Assembly: GCA_028689545.1 (NCBI GenBank)
Contig: JAQVCX010000007.1
Location: 881-64,880 of the forward strand
Source of the DNA: Parabacteroides sp.
GTDB lineage: Bacteria; Bacteroidota; Bacteroidia; Bacteroidales; Tannerellaceae
Length of the DNA: 64,000 nucleotides
Direction of reading: 5' to 3'
A program made the position numbers and the translations under genes. Positions 51,802 through 61,243 of the stretch are shown piece by piece. Under the pieces are notes generated by a model. It saw only the letters and a program-made list of their open reading frames with translations. It searched no databases and had not been told where the DNA came from. Positions within the stretch are counted from its first letter, which is position 1, and each line of letters begins with the position of its first letter.

Positions 51802-51968
51802 CGAATACTATCAAGCATACGAAAAAAGATTATATTTGCTTCGGATATGACGTGGCAGAGCCGTAAGTCCGTTCTTACGCGACGGATACAGGCGAGGGGT
51901 AGGCACTACCTATGGCGTTATTTCCGCGAGATAAACAGTATACATTATATATAATATAGTAATAGACC

Positions 51969-52820
51969 ATGAAACACTCAAGACGTGCATTTTTCAAACA
52001 AGGATTGGCGGGAGCCCTTTTACTAGGTGCCTCCACGATCGCCCGGGCCGCTTTGCCGGATCCCGTAAAGCCAAAGGCCCCGAAGGCCGTAAACCCGTTT
52101 CATCTGGGTATGGCGGGATATACTTTCGTTAATTTTGATTTAGATACGACGTTGAAGACGTTGGAACGATTAGATATCCATTATCTTTGCATCAAGGATT
52201 TCCATTTGCCGCTGAATAGTACGGACGAGCAGATCAGGGCTTTTCATGATAAATGCGCGGCCCATAAAGTGACGGGATATGCCGTAGGCCCTATTTATAT
52301 GAAGAGCGAGGAAGAGATAGACCGCGCGTTTGATTACGCGAAGCGGGTAGGCGTGAAGGTGATCGTCGGTGTCCCGAATTACGAGCTTTTACCCTACGTG
52401 GATAAGAAAGTGAAGGAATATGATTTCCATTACGCCATCCACTTGCACGGTCCCGATATCAAGACGTATCCCGATGCTACGGATGTTTGGGAGCATACGA
52501 AGGATTTAGATGCCCGTATCGGTATGTGCCTGGATGTAGGGCACGACTTGCGAAACGGCTGTGATCCTGTGGCCGACTTGAAGAAATACCATACCCGTGT
52601 GTTTGATATGCATATCAAGGACGTGACGGATGCTTCGAAGGCGGGAGTCGGGATCGAGATCGGCCGTGGAAAGATCGACTTCCCCGCGCTGATCCGTATG
52701 ATGCGGGAAGTAAATTACACGGGAATGTGCAGCTTGGAATACGAGAAAGACATGAAAGACCCCTTCTTGGGGATCGCGGAGTCTATCGGCTATTTCAAGG
52801 CTGTGAGTGATTTGACATAA
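51969..52820 (+). CDS. Tat-exported sugar phosphate isomerase/epimerase (TIM barrel)
   Basis: Tat motif 'SRRAFFK'; 'AIHLH', 'CLDVGH', 'MHIKD', 'SLEYE'. Confidence 0.85.
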   Translation: MKHSRRAFFKQGLAGALLLGASTIARAALPDPVKPKAPKAVNPFHLGMAGYTFVNFDLDTTLKTLERLDIHYLCIKDFHLPLNSTDEQIRAFHDKCAAHKVTGYAVGPIYMKSEEEIDRAFDYAKRVGVKVIVGVPNYELLPYVDKKVKEYDFHYAIHLHGPDIKTYPDATDVWEHTKDLDARIGMCLDVGHDLRNGCDPVADLKKYHTRVFDMHIKDVTDASKAGVGIEIGRGKIDFPALIRMMREVNYTGMCSLEYEKDMKDPFLGIAESIGYFKAVSDLT

Positions 52821-52855
52821 TGCGGGGGGCGTAAATCGCCCCTCCCTTTAAATAG

Positions 52856-53896
52856 ATGAAGATGAGAAGCTTTCTTTTTATAGGCATAGCGGGCTTGTTG
52901 TCCGCTTGTAGCACGATTAATTATGTGGGTATCGAGACGTATAATCCCGCGGAGGTGACGTTTCCCGGAAATGTCGCCAAGGTACTTATCGTGAACAATG
53001 CCGCCCCCCAGCCGGAGGACGCGGGTTACGAATATACCTTGCGGGGAGAAAAGCAGGATACTTGCAAGGCGAAAGCGGATAGTGCGCTGTTCGACGCTTG
53101 CCGTACTTTAGGGGAGGCTATCGTGGAGGCTTCTTATTTTAACGATGTATTGTTTTACCATGACGCGGTTCGAAAAGATGATCAGGCGTTTCTGGATACG
53201 AAACTAACCCAGGGGCAAGTAGCGTCGCTATGCGATGAGACCGGGGCGGATGCGGTTATCTCTATCGACCGCTTGCTGTTCGATATGAAGAAAAACGTAG
53301 GTACCTTGGGCGAAGGGTATGTGATGGGGATGATCGATGTGCGGATGGCTGGCGTGATACGCGGTTACATACCCGATCGTGAGGCTCCACTGGCGACGGT
53401 ACATATGAACGATAGCATCTATTGGGCGGAAAGCGCGGACTTTGTGCCGATCTTGGATAAGATATTGCCCTCTCCGGAAAACGCTTTGCGTGGGGCGGGT
53501 AAATATTTCGGGGCGAAGGTCTACGCTAATTTTGTCCCTCATTGGGAGAAGGAGACCCGTTGGTACTTTACCGGAATGGGAGCGCGTTGGAAAGAGGCTT
53601 CCGTTTATGCGGCCAACGAGAAATGGGATCTGGCGGAAGATCGTTGGTCCGGGCTTTACCGGGGTACGGAAAGCTGGAAAAGCCGGGCGAAGGCGGCCTC
53701 TAATCTGGCCCTATGCCATGAGATGAAAGGAGATTTAAAAGAGGCCTATGAGTGGGCTCATAAATCTTACGATTTGTTCAAGCGTAATAGCGGCGATAAT
53801 GATAAGAGTACCAAATTATTGGAACTCTATGTGCAGGCGCTGGCCGAGCGGATTCGTTCCGATAAGAAACTAAATGTGCAATTTGGCGAGGATTAA
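52856..53896 (+). CDS. Lipoprotein with C-terminal TPR-like helices (DUF6340-like)
   Basis: Lipobox 'LSAC'; 'NLALCHEMKGDLKEAYEWA'. Confidence 0.7.
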   Translation: MKMRSFLFIGIAGLLSACSTINYVGIETYNPAEVTFPGNVAKVLIVNNAAPQPEDAGYEYTLRGEKQDTCKAKADSALFDACRTLGEAIVEASYFNDVLFYHDAVRKDDQAFLDTKLTQGQVASLCDETGADAVISIDRLLFDMKKNVGTLGEGYVMGMIDVRMAGVIRGYIPDREAPLATVHMNDSIYWAESADFVPILDKILPSPENALRGAGKYFGAKVYANFVPHWEKETRWYFTGMGARWKEASVYAANEKWDLAEDRWSGLYRGTESWKSRAKAASNLALCHEMKGDLKEAYEWAHKSYDLFKRNSGDNDKSTKLLELYVQALAERIRSDKKLNVQFGED

Positions 53897-53958
53897 CGGC
53901 GTTATTCGCTGAATTATTATTACTTTTGACGCATATTCGAATAAAGGAGAATAAATAT

Positions 53959-54420
53959 ATGAACGCAAATATAGCAAAGGTTCAATCCCTCATCGAGAAC
54001 GCTTTTACGTCGGCTATCGAAAAGCTGACCAAGGATGAGTCCGGTAATTTTATAAGCGACTTATACGTGCAGGTCGATGCGGAAAGCGGAGAGCTGCAAA
54101 TCTATGATGACGAGGAAAAGCTGATCGAAAAGATCATTATCTTCGATTGGGTGAACTCGAACGAGGAGGAAGATGTATTCAATAAGCGGGTTGCCGCTTC
54201 GGTTAAGGCGGTTCTTACGATCTTATCCACCAAGAATGTTTTTGACGCTCCCCGGTTTATGAAACCTCTTTCCGTTAGCTTGACTGACGAGGATTTCGTT
54301 GTTATAGAAGAGCTTATCTTTATAGACGATGATATGCTTCGTTTGGACGATCCTCTATTGAATGATTTAGATGCAGATTTAGATGATTTTTTAGCGAATC
54401 TTCTTGCAGATGTCAAATAA
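53959..54420 (+). CDS. Conserved acidic hypothetical protein
   Basis: Open frame with an acidic C-terminus. The track's TTG (53926) is inside the TACTTTTG box (53921-53928); ATG 53959 is preferred. Confidence 0.7.
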   Translation: MNANIAKVQSLIENAFTSAIEKLTKDESGNFISDLYVQVDAESGELQIYDDEEKLIEKIIIFDWVNSNEEEDVFNKRVAASVKAVLTILSTKNVFDAPRFMKPLSVSLTDEDFVVIEELIFIDDDMLRLDDPLLNDLDADLDDFLANLLADVK

Positions 54421-54459
54421 ACCCTGTATCTTTGCGCCCGAAATAAAGGAACAAATGTT

Positions 54460-54532
<73 letters not shown>

Positions 54533-54538
54533 CACGAT

Positions 54539-54573
54539 AAAAGGCAGTTATCTAAAAGGTAGCTGCCTTTTTT
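54539..54573 (+). terminator. Terminator after tRNA-Thr
   Basis: AAAAGGCAGTTATCT...AGGTAGCTGCCTTTTTT. Confidence 0.85.
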
Positions 54574-54633
54574 GTTATTCTCCCAGCCCGAACGTATTCT
54601 AAACAAATAAAAAGTTCTTATTACTTGCACGAT

Positions 54634-54655
54634 ATACATATGTGTATTATATTTG
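54634..54655 (+). promoter_or_regulatory. Cassette promoter with a candidate operator
   Basis: TATATTTG at 54648-54655, immediately preceded by ATACA-N4-TGTAT (54634-54647). Confidence 0.55.
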
Positions 54656-54671
54656 TAGTGTCAGTTAAACA

Positions 54672-54851
54672 ATGATGAACCAAGAACAAGAGCTAAAGGC
54701 TCAGATAAAACAAGTGGACAGAAATCTATTGTTTTATTCTTCTTATTGGAATCTTTTGCAAGAACAGGGGATACGGAAAGAAGAACTCTTCAGAAGGTTA
54801 GATGTTTTGTTAGACAAGCGTTTATCTTTGACAAAAGAGTTGAAAGGTTAA
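54672..54851 (+). CDS. 59-aa hypothetical helical protein (absent from the ORF track)
   Basis: MMNQEQELKAQIKQVDRNLLFYSSYWNLLQEQGIRKEELFRRLDVLLDKRLSLTKELKG*; starts 16 nt after a consensus -7 box and fills the space before the next gene. Confidence 0.7.
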   Translation: MMNQEQELKAQIKQVDRNLLFYSSYWNLLQEQGIRKEELFRRLDVLLDKRLSLTKELKG

Positions 54852-54909
54852 TCAAGCTCCCCCTTAGTGGGGGAGCAAACTGACTAATTTTCATCAAAAA
54901 GGAGGTAAT

Positions 54910-55347
54910 ATGGCTGATTATGAGGAGTTGAAAAAAGAGTTTCTTTCACAACGGACAGAGTTTCGTCAATCTGAAGAGATTGACGAAAGTGCTTTCCAGG
55001 AACGTATAAGGCAATATTTGGCCACGAAAACGCCGGAAGAAGCTCAGATGTTAGCTGATATCATGCTGGAGTGCGTGAATGAAGATATTGAAAAGACAGA
55101 CGATTTAATCCATGAGGCTCGGTTAAGAAAGGTATTGTCAAAAGTTTATGATGCGGTTTCATGGTCTTATATTGCTAAGGCTTATTTTGGAAAAAGCCGT
55201 TCCTGGCTGAATCAGCGTTTGAATAGTTTTATTGTAAATGGGAAAGAGGCTCAATTTACTCAGGAGGAATTAAAGCAGTTACAAAGAGCTCTGCTGGACC
55301 TTAGTGGAGATATAAAGAATACCGCTCTTGAATTGGGCGTTCATTGA
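54910..55347 (+). CDS. DUF5053-like protein (C-terminal HTH-like domain)
   Basis: 'VSWSYIAKAYFGKSRSWLNQRLN...VNGKEAQFT.EEL' matches the DUF5053 pattern as I recall it; acidic N-terminus. Confidence 0.75.
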   Translation: MADYEELKKEFLSQRTEFRQSEEIDESAFQERIRQYLATKTPEEAQMLADIMLECVNEDIEKTDDLIHEARLRKVLSKVYDAVSWSYIAKAYFGKSRSWLNQRLNSFIVNGKEAQFTQEELKQLQRALLDLSGDIKNTALELGVH

Positions 55348-55370
55348 TAACTGACATTATCAAATCGGGG

Positions 55371-55402
55371 AAGGCTTGGCTGTTTGTCAAGCCTTTTCTT
55401 TG
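55371..55402 (+). terminator. Terminator of the two-gene cassette
   Basis: AAGGCTTGGC-TGTTT-GTCAAGCCTT followed by TTCTTTG. Confidence 0.8.
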
Positions 55403-55556
55403 TACGATATAGGCGGCTGACATTTCCAGTGATTTTATATCTATAAGGAAGCCGGACGGGGCCAAGGTGGTTTCCGACCCGGATTGATATGCTATAAAAT
55501 AACATAGGCGGCAACCCTTGCGGATTGTCGCCTAATTGTTTATTGTTGTTAATTCG

Positions 55557-55630
55557 TGGAGCATATCGGACTCGAACCGATCACCTACAGACTGCCAGTC
55601 TGTCGCTCTAGCCAGATGAGCTAATGCCCC
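55557..55630 (-). tRNA. tRNA-Ala(GGC)
   Basis: GGGGCAT/ATGCTCC acceptor stem with G3-U70, anticodon loop CTGGCAG, GGTTCGAGTCC. Confidence 0.97.
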
Positions 55631-55710
55631 TTTTGTTAATTCAAGTGCAAATATAAGGCTTTTCTTGATATATGCGTTATCTTTGTGTAAGAATTTTGAA
55701 GTAAAAGAAG

Positions 55711-56025
55711 ATGATTATTTATAATACGACTTTTCATATCCATAAGGATATCGTGGATGAATGCCTGGAATATCTGAAGAATAGTTATATACCGAAAGCC
55801 TCCGAGAGCGGTATCCTGTATAGCCCTTATTTGAGACGTATCTTGGATTCGCGGAATGAGGAAGGTGAAAGCTTCTCCGTGCAGTTCCATACGAGAGATA
55901 TCGACTCGCTGAACGAGTGGGTGCGCAAGGAGGGTGGAGCCTTGCAGCAAGATTTGGTAGGACGTTATAAAGAGAAGATCGCCGGATTCTCTACCCTGTT
56001 GGAAGATATAGAATTGCCTAAATGA
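55711..56025 (+). CDS. DUF4286-family protein
   Basis: '[10 protein letters not shown]...YIP...SFSVQF'; ATGA overlap with ruvC. Confidence 0.75.
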   Translation: MIIYNTTFHIHKDIVDECLEYLKNSYIPKASESGILYSPYLRRILDSRNEEGESFSVQFHTRDIDSLNEWVRKEGGALQQDLVGRYKEKIAGFSTLLEDIELPK

Positions 56026-56579
56026 TAAAGGATCGCATTATATTAGGCATAGACCCCGGTACGATCGTGATGGGATACGGAATCTTGAGGATCGAGGGGA
56101 ATAAGCCGAAGCTGGAGGCTATGGGCATCCTGCAATTGAATAAATATGAGGATCATTACCTGCGTCTGCGTAAGATATTCGAACGGGTCTTGGCCTTGAT
56201 CGATCAATACCATCCGGACGAGTTGGCTATCGAGGCGCCTTTCTTCGGGAAAAACGTACAGAGTATGTTGAAACTCGGTAGGGCGCAAGGGGTAGCGATG
56301 GCGGCGGCCTTGGAGCGGGATATCCCGATCTTCGAGTACGCCCCGCTAAAGATCAAGCTCTCGATCACCGGGAATGGAAATGCGGCGAAAGAGCAAGTGG
56401 CCGGTATGCTGCAACGCTATCTGAAGATACCGGAAGAGTCCATGCTCCCGCAACTAGACGCTACGGATGGGTTGGCGGCGGCTGTTTGTCATTATTTCCA
56501 AACCAATAACCCAATCTCGGAAAAGAAGTATACGGGATGGAAGGATTTCATCGCGAAGAATCCGGGGAAAGTGAGATGA
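56022..56579 (+). CDS. ruvC: Holliday junction resolvase
   Basis: 'ILGIDPG', 'AIEAPF', 'KLGRAQG', 'EYAP', 'GNAAKEQV', 'DATDGLA'. Confidence 0.97.
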   Translation: MIKDRIILGIDPGTIVMGYGILRIEGNKPKLEAMGILQLNKYEDHYLRLRKIFERVLALIDQYHPDELAIEAPFFGKNVQSMLKLGRAQGVAMAAALERDIPIFEYAPLKIKLSITGNGNAAKEQVAGMLQRYLKIPEESMLPQLDATDGLAAAVCHYFQTNNPISEKKYTGWKDFIAKNPGKVR

Positions 56580-56671
56580 TTTGAGATTTATGATTTATGA
56601 ATTATGATTTATGATTTATAAGGATGGGAAAACATAGACATACCCTCAAAATAAATCATAAATCATAAATG
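56577..56671. repeat. Inverted heptamer array (ATTTATG)n...(CATAAAT)n
   Basis: Seen between the convergent ruvC and gdhA stops. Confidence 0.85.
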
Positions 56672-56692
56672 TAAGATTTTAACTTTAAAATC

Positions 56693-58027
56693 TTACACGA
56701 TTCCTTGTGCCATCATAGCTTTCGCTACTTTCATGAAGCCGGCGATATTCGCGCCTTTTACATAATTGATGTATTTGCCATCGTTGCCGTGAGTTACGCA
56801 TTGTTCGTGGATCGCGCTCATGATCTGATGTAATTTAGCGTCTACCTCGGCGGCGGTCCATGAGATATGCATAGCGTTCTGGGTCATCTCCAATCCGGAA
56901 GTAGCCACGCCACCCGCGTTGACAGCCTTACCCGGAGCGAATAATTGCTTATGCTCGATGAATACGTCCACAGCCTCTGCCGTACAACCCATGTTAGAAA
57001 CCTCCGCTACGCACAAGGTCTTATTCTCGATCAACTTACGAGCGTCAGCCTCGTTCAGCTCATTCTGGGTAGCGCATGGCAATGCTATATCTACTTTCTG
57101 CTCCCAAGGTTTCTTGCCAGGATAGAAGGTAGAGCCCGGGAATTTATCAGCGTAAGGAGCCGCTATATCATTTCCTGAGTTACGCAATTCCAACATATAA
57201 TCGATCTTCTCGCCGGAGATACCCGCCGGATCATAGATATAACCGTCAGGACCGGAGATCGTAACCACCTTCGCGCCTAACTCGGTTGCCTTTGTAGCGG
57301 CACCCCAAGCCACGTTGCCGAAGCCGGAGATAGCGACCGTCTTATCCTTTATATCGATTCCGTGAGTCTCCAACATTTGATGTACGAAGTAAAGGGCGCC
57401 GAAGCCGGTAGCTTCCGGACGAAGGATAGAACCTCCGAACTCCATACCCTTACCCGTGAACGTACCCGTGTTTTCGCGAGCCAATTTCTTGTACATACCG
57501 TACATATAACCTACCTCACGGCCACCTACGCCTATATCGCCTGCCGGAACGTCTCTGTCCGGACCTAAGTTACGCCATAATTCAAGAATAAACGCTTGGC
57601 AGAAACGCATGATCTCGGCATCGCTCTTTCCTCTCGGGGCGAAATCGGAACCACCTTTGCCACCACCCATCGGAAGGGTTGTCAAGGCGTTTTTAAATGT
57701 TTGCTCGAATCCTAAGAATTTCAAGATAGACAGGTTAACGGACGGGTGGAAACGAATACCTCCCTTGTACGGGCCGATTGCGTTGTTGAACTGAACTCGG
57801 TATCCCAAGTTAACTTGTATCTCTCCTTTATCATCCACCCAAGGCACACGGAAAGTGAAAATACGTTCCGGTTCAACTAGGCGTTCAATGATTTTCGCTT
57901 TCTCAAATTCCGGATGTTGGTTGTACACTTCCTCGATTGATAAAAGCACTTCTTTTACTGCTTGCAAATACTCCTTTTCACCCGGATGTTTTGCCTCTAG
58001 CGCTGATAAGATAACTTCAGTCTTCAT
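56693..58027 (-). CDS. gdhA: NAD(P)-dependent glutamate dehydrogenase, Bacteroides GdhA type
   Basis: 'GPYKGGIRFH', 'LPMGGGKGG', 'DVPAGDIGVG', 'GFGNVA', 'ISGPDG', 'EVSNMG'. Confidence 0.95.
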   Translation of the reverse strand: MKTEVILSALEAKHPGEKEYLQAVKEVLLSIEEVYNQHPEFEKAKIIERLVEPERIFTFRVPWVDDKGEIQVNLGYRVQFNNAIGPYKGGIRFHPSVNLSILKFLGFEQTFKNALTTLPMGGGKGGSDFAPRGKSDAEIMRFCQAFILELWRNLGPDRDVPAGDIGVGGREVGYMYGMYKKLARENTGTFTGKGMEFGGSILRPEATGFGALYFVHQMLETHGIDIKDKTVAISGFGNVAWGAATKATELGAKVVTISGPDGYIYDPAGISGEKIDYMLELRNSGNDIAAPYADKFPGSTFYPGKKPWEQKVDIALPCATQNELNEADARKLIENKTLCVAEVSNMGCTAEAVDVFIEHKQLFAPGKAVNAGGVATSGLEMTQNAMHISWTAAEVDAKLHQIMSAIHEQCVTHGNDGKYINYVKGANIAGFMKVAKAMMAQGIV

Positions 58028-58064
58028 AGCATTTATTTTCTTTAAAAGGATAACATTGTGTTGG

Positions 58065-58195
58065 CAAATGTAGGTAATTCTTTGAAATGACCAAGAGTTT
58101 TGCTTACTTTTTATCAGTGAAAACGTAAAAATCTTCAGTTAGAGTCAGAATGCGCATTTTCGTGTTTCAATAGTTATTATTTTTCCTTACATTTG
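58065..58195. promoter_or_regulatory. Divergent promoters for gdhA and the dikinase-like gene
   Basis: TACATTTG on the minus strand (58065-58072) and TACATTTG on the plus strand (58188-58195). Confidence 0.65.
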
Positions 58196-58222
58196 ACTCG
58201 TATAATTCTATCAGAATCTATT

Positions 58223-61177
58223 ATGAGCGGTATACCGAACTTGAAAGACTTGGTGTTTAGAGACACCCCGTTTGCCAACCTAATGAATAAGCGTATATAT
58301 AATGTATTGCTTATCGCGACGAAATATGATTCCTTCATGCTGGAAGATGACGGGCGTGTGGACGAGCAGATATTTAACGAATATACCTCCTTAAGCCTCC
58401 GTTATCCACCCCGGTTCATGCAGGTGACTACCGAGGAGGAGGCTTTGAATGAGTTGAAGAACCGGAACTTCGAATTGATCATTTGCATGCCGAATATGGA
58501 TAACCGGGATATATTCGCGGCGGCGAGCGAGATCAAGGTGCATTATCCGAATATCCCGATCGTCGTATTGACCCCTTTCTCGAAAGAGGTGTCTAAGCGG
58601 ATCGAGGGCGAGGATCTGAGCGCTATCGATTACGTGTTCAGCTGGTTGGGTAACTCGGAGTTGTTGCTGGCGATTATCAAACTGATCGAGGATAAGATGA
58701 ACGCTCCGGACGATACGGCCAGCGTGGGCGTACAGATCATCCTGTTGGTGGAGGATTCCATCCGTTTTTATTCGTCCGCTTTGCCGCATCTGTATAAGTT
58801 CGTCTTGGAGCAAAGCCAGATGTTCGCGAAGGAGGCGTTAAACGATCACCAGCGTACGTTGCGTATGCGGGGCCGTCCAAAGATCAAGTTGGCTCGGAAC
58901 TATGAGGAGGCGGTGCGTATCTTTAATCAGTATCGGGATAATATGTTGGGCATTATCTCGGATATGAGTTTTATGCACGATGGTGTGAAAGATCCGTATG
59001 CCGGTTATAAGTTCGGGCAGTATGTGCGGAAAACGGGTTTGATCATTCCTTTCGTGCTGGAATCCTCGGAGGCCAGCAATCATGTGTACGCGAAGGAGCT
59101 GCACGCCTCGTTTATCGATAAGAATTCCAAGAGCTACCCGCAGGATTTGAAAAAGAAGATCATGCAGCGTTTCGGCTTTGGCGATTTCGTGATCTTGAAT
59201 CCGCATACGAAGGAGGAGATCATGCGTATCAAGAATTTGAAAGATCTTCAAAAGAAAGTCTTCCAGATTCCCGACGATTCGTTGGTTTACCATCTCTCCC
59301 GGAACCATTTCTCCCGTTTCTTTTATTCGCGTGCCATGTTTCCGCCTGCCGAGGTGTTGAAGCATGTAGACGTGAGTGACTATAAGGATATGGATGAGGC
59401 CCGGAAATTGATTTTCGACTTGATCGTGCAATATCGCCGGATGAAGAACACCGGTGTCGTGGCGGTTTATCAGAAGGATCGTTTTGATGAGTATAGTAAT
59501 TTCGCCCGTATCGGCGACGGCTCGCTGGGAGGTAAGGGACGGGGTCTTGCCTTTATCGGCGCGATGGTGAAGCGATACCCTAAGCTGGAGAGTGATAATT
59601 TTGCCGTGAATATCCCGAAGACGGTCGTGATCTGTACCGATATCTTCGACGAGTTTATGGAGACGAACGAGTTGTATCCCGTAGCGCTGGGCGATGCGGA
59701 CGACGAGACGATCCTCCGCTATTTCTTGCGGGCCAGTCTGCCCGCCCGGCTCATCGAGGACTTGATGGCTTTCTTCGATGTGGTGAAAAGCCCGGTAGCC
59801 GTGCGTTCTTCCAGCTTGCTGGAAGATTCGCATTACCAGCCTTTCGCCGGGATCTATTCTACGTATATGGTGCCTAAGATCGAGGAGAAATACGATATGC
59901 TCCGTACGGTGAGCGACGCTATCAAGGCGGTGTATGCCTCTGTGTTTTACAAGGATAGTAAGGCGTATATGACGGCTACTTCCAACTTGATCGACCAAGA
60001 GAAGATGGCTGTCGTCTTGCAGGAGGTGGTGGGCTCCCGTTATAAGGATCATTTTTATCCGACGATGTCGGGCGTGGCTCGTTCCTTGAATTTCTATCCG
60101 ATCGGTAACGAGAAGGCGGAGGATGGGATCGCGAATATCGCCTTGGGATTGGGTAAATATATCGTCGATGGCGGGCAAACCTTGCGTTTCTCTCCCCGGC
60201 ATCCCCATAGCATCTTGCAGATGAGTACGATGGATTTCGCCCTCAGGGAGACGCAGACTCGTTTCTATGCCTTGGATTTGAAGAATATGGCGGAGGCTTT
60301 CTCGGTAAATGATGCCTTCAACTTGGTGAAACTGGGCTTGAAGGAGGCGGATGCCGAGGGTTCCTTGAAATATATTGTCTCTACCTACGATCCGTACGAT
60401 CAGATTATCCGTGACGGTTATTATCCGGGGGGTCGTAAGATCCTCTCTTTCGTGAATATCTTGCAGCACGACGTGTTCCCGCTGGCGGATACGCTGGATC
60501 AGATCTTACGGATCGGGCAGCAGGAGATGGGGCGTCCGGTCGAGATTGAGTTCGCGGTCAATATGGATCCGTCGGATCATACGCGGGCTACTTTCTATCT
60601 GTTGCAAATCCGTCCGATCGTGGATAATAAGGAGATCATGGACGAGGATCTGACCTTGGTGAGGAACGAGGAGACGATGCTTTCTTCTACCAGCGTCTTG
60701 GGGCATGGTATCATTGGCGACGTGCAGGATATTATATATGTAAAGACGGGCGCGTTTAATTCGTCCAATAATCAGTTGATCGCTTATGAGATCGAGAAGA
60801 TGAACCGCTCGTTTACCGACCAGGAGAAAGGATACGTATTGGTGGGTCCCGGCCGGTGGGGGAGTAGCGACTCTTGGTTAGGTATCCCGGTGAAATGGCC
60901 GCATATCAGTAACGCGCGGGTGATCGTGGAATGTGGCTTGGAGAGCTATCGGATAGACCCGAGCCAAGGTACGCATTTCTTCCAGAACCTGACCTCCTTC
61001 GGCGTGGGCTATTTTACGATCAATCCCTTCAAGGGGGATGGTTGGTTCGATGAGGCGTTCCTCAATGCGCTACCTGCTATGGAAGAGACGGAATACCTTC
61101 GCCATGTGCATTTTGATGCTCCGATCACCATCAAGATGGACGGGAAGCGAAGTCTGGGTGTGGTGCTGAAGCCTTGA
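58223..61177 (+). CDS. Receiver-like domains + PEP-synthase/PPDK ATP-grasp domain + His-swivel-like domain; function unknown
   Basis: 'LLVEDS...ISD...LES...FIDK' receiver; 'LGGKGRGL', 'VAVRSSSLLED', 'FAGIYST', 'EIEFAV', 'LLQIRP' ATP-grasp; C-terminal 'GPGRWGS' and 'SQGTHFF'. Start trimmed to ATG 58223. Confidence 0.85.
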   Translation: MSGIPNLKDLVFRDTPFANLMNKRIYNVLLIATKYDSFMLEDDGRVDEQIFNEYTSLSLRYPPRFMQVTTEEEALNELKNRNFELIICMPNMDNRDIFAAASEIKVHYPNIPIVVLTPFSKEVSKRIEGEDLSAIDYVFSWLGNSELLLAIIKLIEDKMNAPDDTASVGVQIILLVEDSIRFYSSALPHLYKFVLEQSQMFAKEALNDHQRTLRMRGRPKIKLARNYEEAVRIFNQYRDNMLGIISDMSFMHDGVKDPYAGYKFGQYVRKTGLIIPFVLESSEASNHVYAKELHASFIDKNSKSYPQDLKKKIMQRFGFGDFVILNPHTKEEIMRIKNLKDLQKKVFQIPDDSLVYHLSRNHFSRFFYSRAMFPPAEVLKHVDVSDYKDMDEARKLIFDLIVQYRRMKNTGVVAVYQKDRFDEYSNFARIGDGSLGGKGRGLAFIGAMVKRYPKLESDNFAVNIPKTVVICTDIFDEFMETNELYPVALGDADDETILRYFLRASLPARLIEDLMAFFDVVKSPVAVRSSSLLEDSHYQPFAGIYSTYMVPKIEEKYDMLRTVSDAIKAVYASVFYKDSKAYMTATSNLIDQEKMAVVLQEVVGSRYKDHFYPTMSGVARSLNFYPIGNEKAEDGIANIALGLGKYIVDGGQTLRFSPRHPHSILQMSTMDFALRETQTRFYALDLKNMAEAFSVNDAFNLVKLGLKEADAEGSLKYIVSTYDPYDQIIRDGYYPGGRKILSFVNILQHDVFPLADTLDQILRIGQQEMGRPVEIEFAVNMDPSDHTRATFYLLQIRPIVDNKEIMDEDLTLVRNEETMLSSTSVLGHGIIGDVQDIIYVKTGAFNSSNNQLIAYEIEKMNRSFTDQEKGYVLVGPGRWGSSDSWLGIPVKWPHISNARVIVECGLESYRIDPSQGTHFFQNLTSFGVGYFTINPFKGDGWFDEAFLNALPAMEETEYLRHVHFDAPITIKMDGKRSLGVVLKP

Positions 61178-61186
61178 TCGAACACA

Positions 61187-61234
61187 CAGACGGACCTCTG
61201 CGTCCGTCTGCGTGCTCTGCGTCATCTGCGTCCC
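61187..61234. repeat. TCTGCGT nonamer repeat with a 9-bp hairpin
   Basis: TCTGCGT at 61197, 61207, 61216 and 61225; CAGACGGAC/GTCCGTCTG stem. Confidence 0.75.
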
Positions 61235-61243
61235 ATTATATTC

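Noticed and set aside
58838-60469. 543-aa ORF antisense to the dikinase-like gene
   Set aside because: Shadow frame rich in His/Leu/Arg/Ile with no recognisable domain; fully nested.
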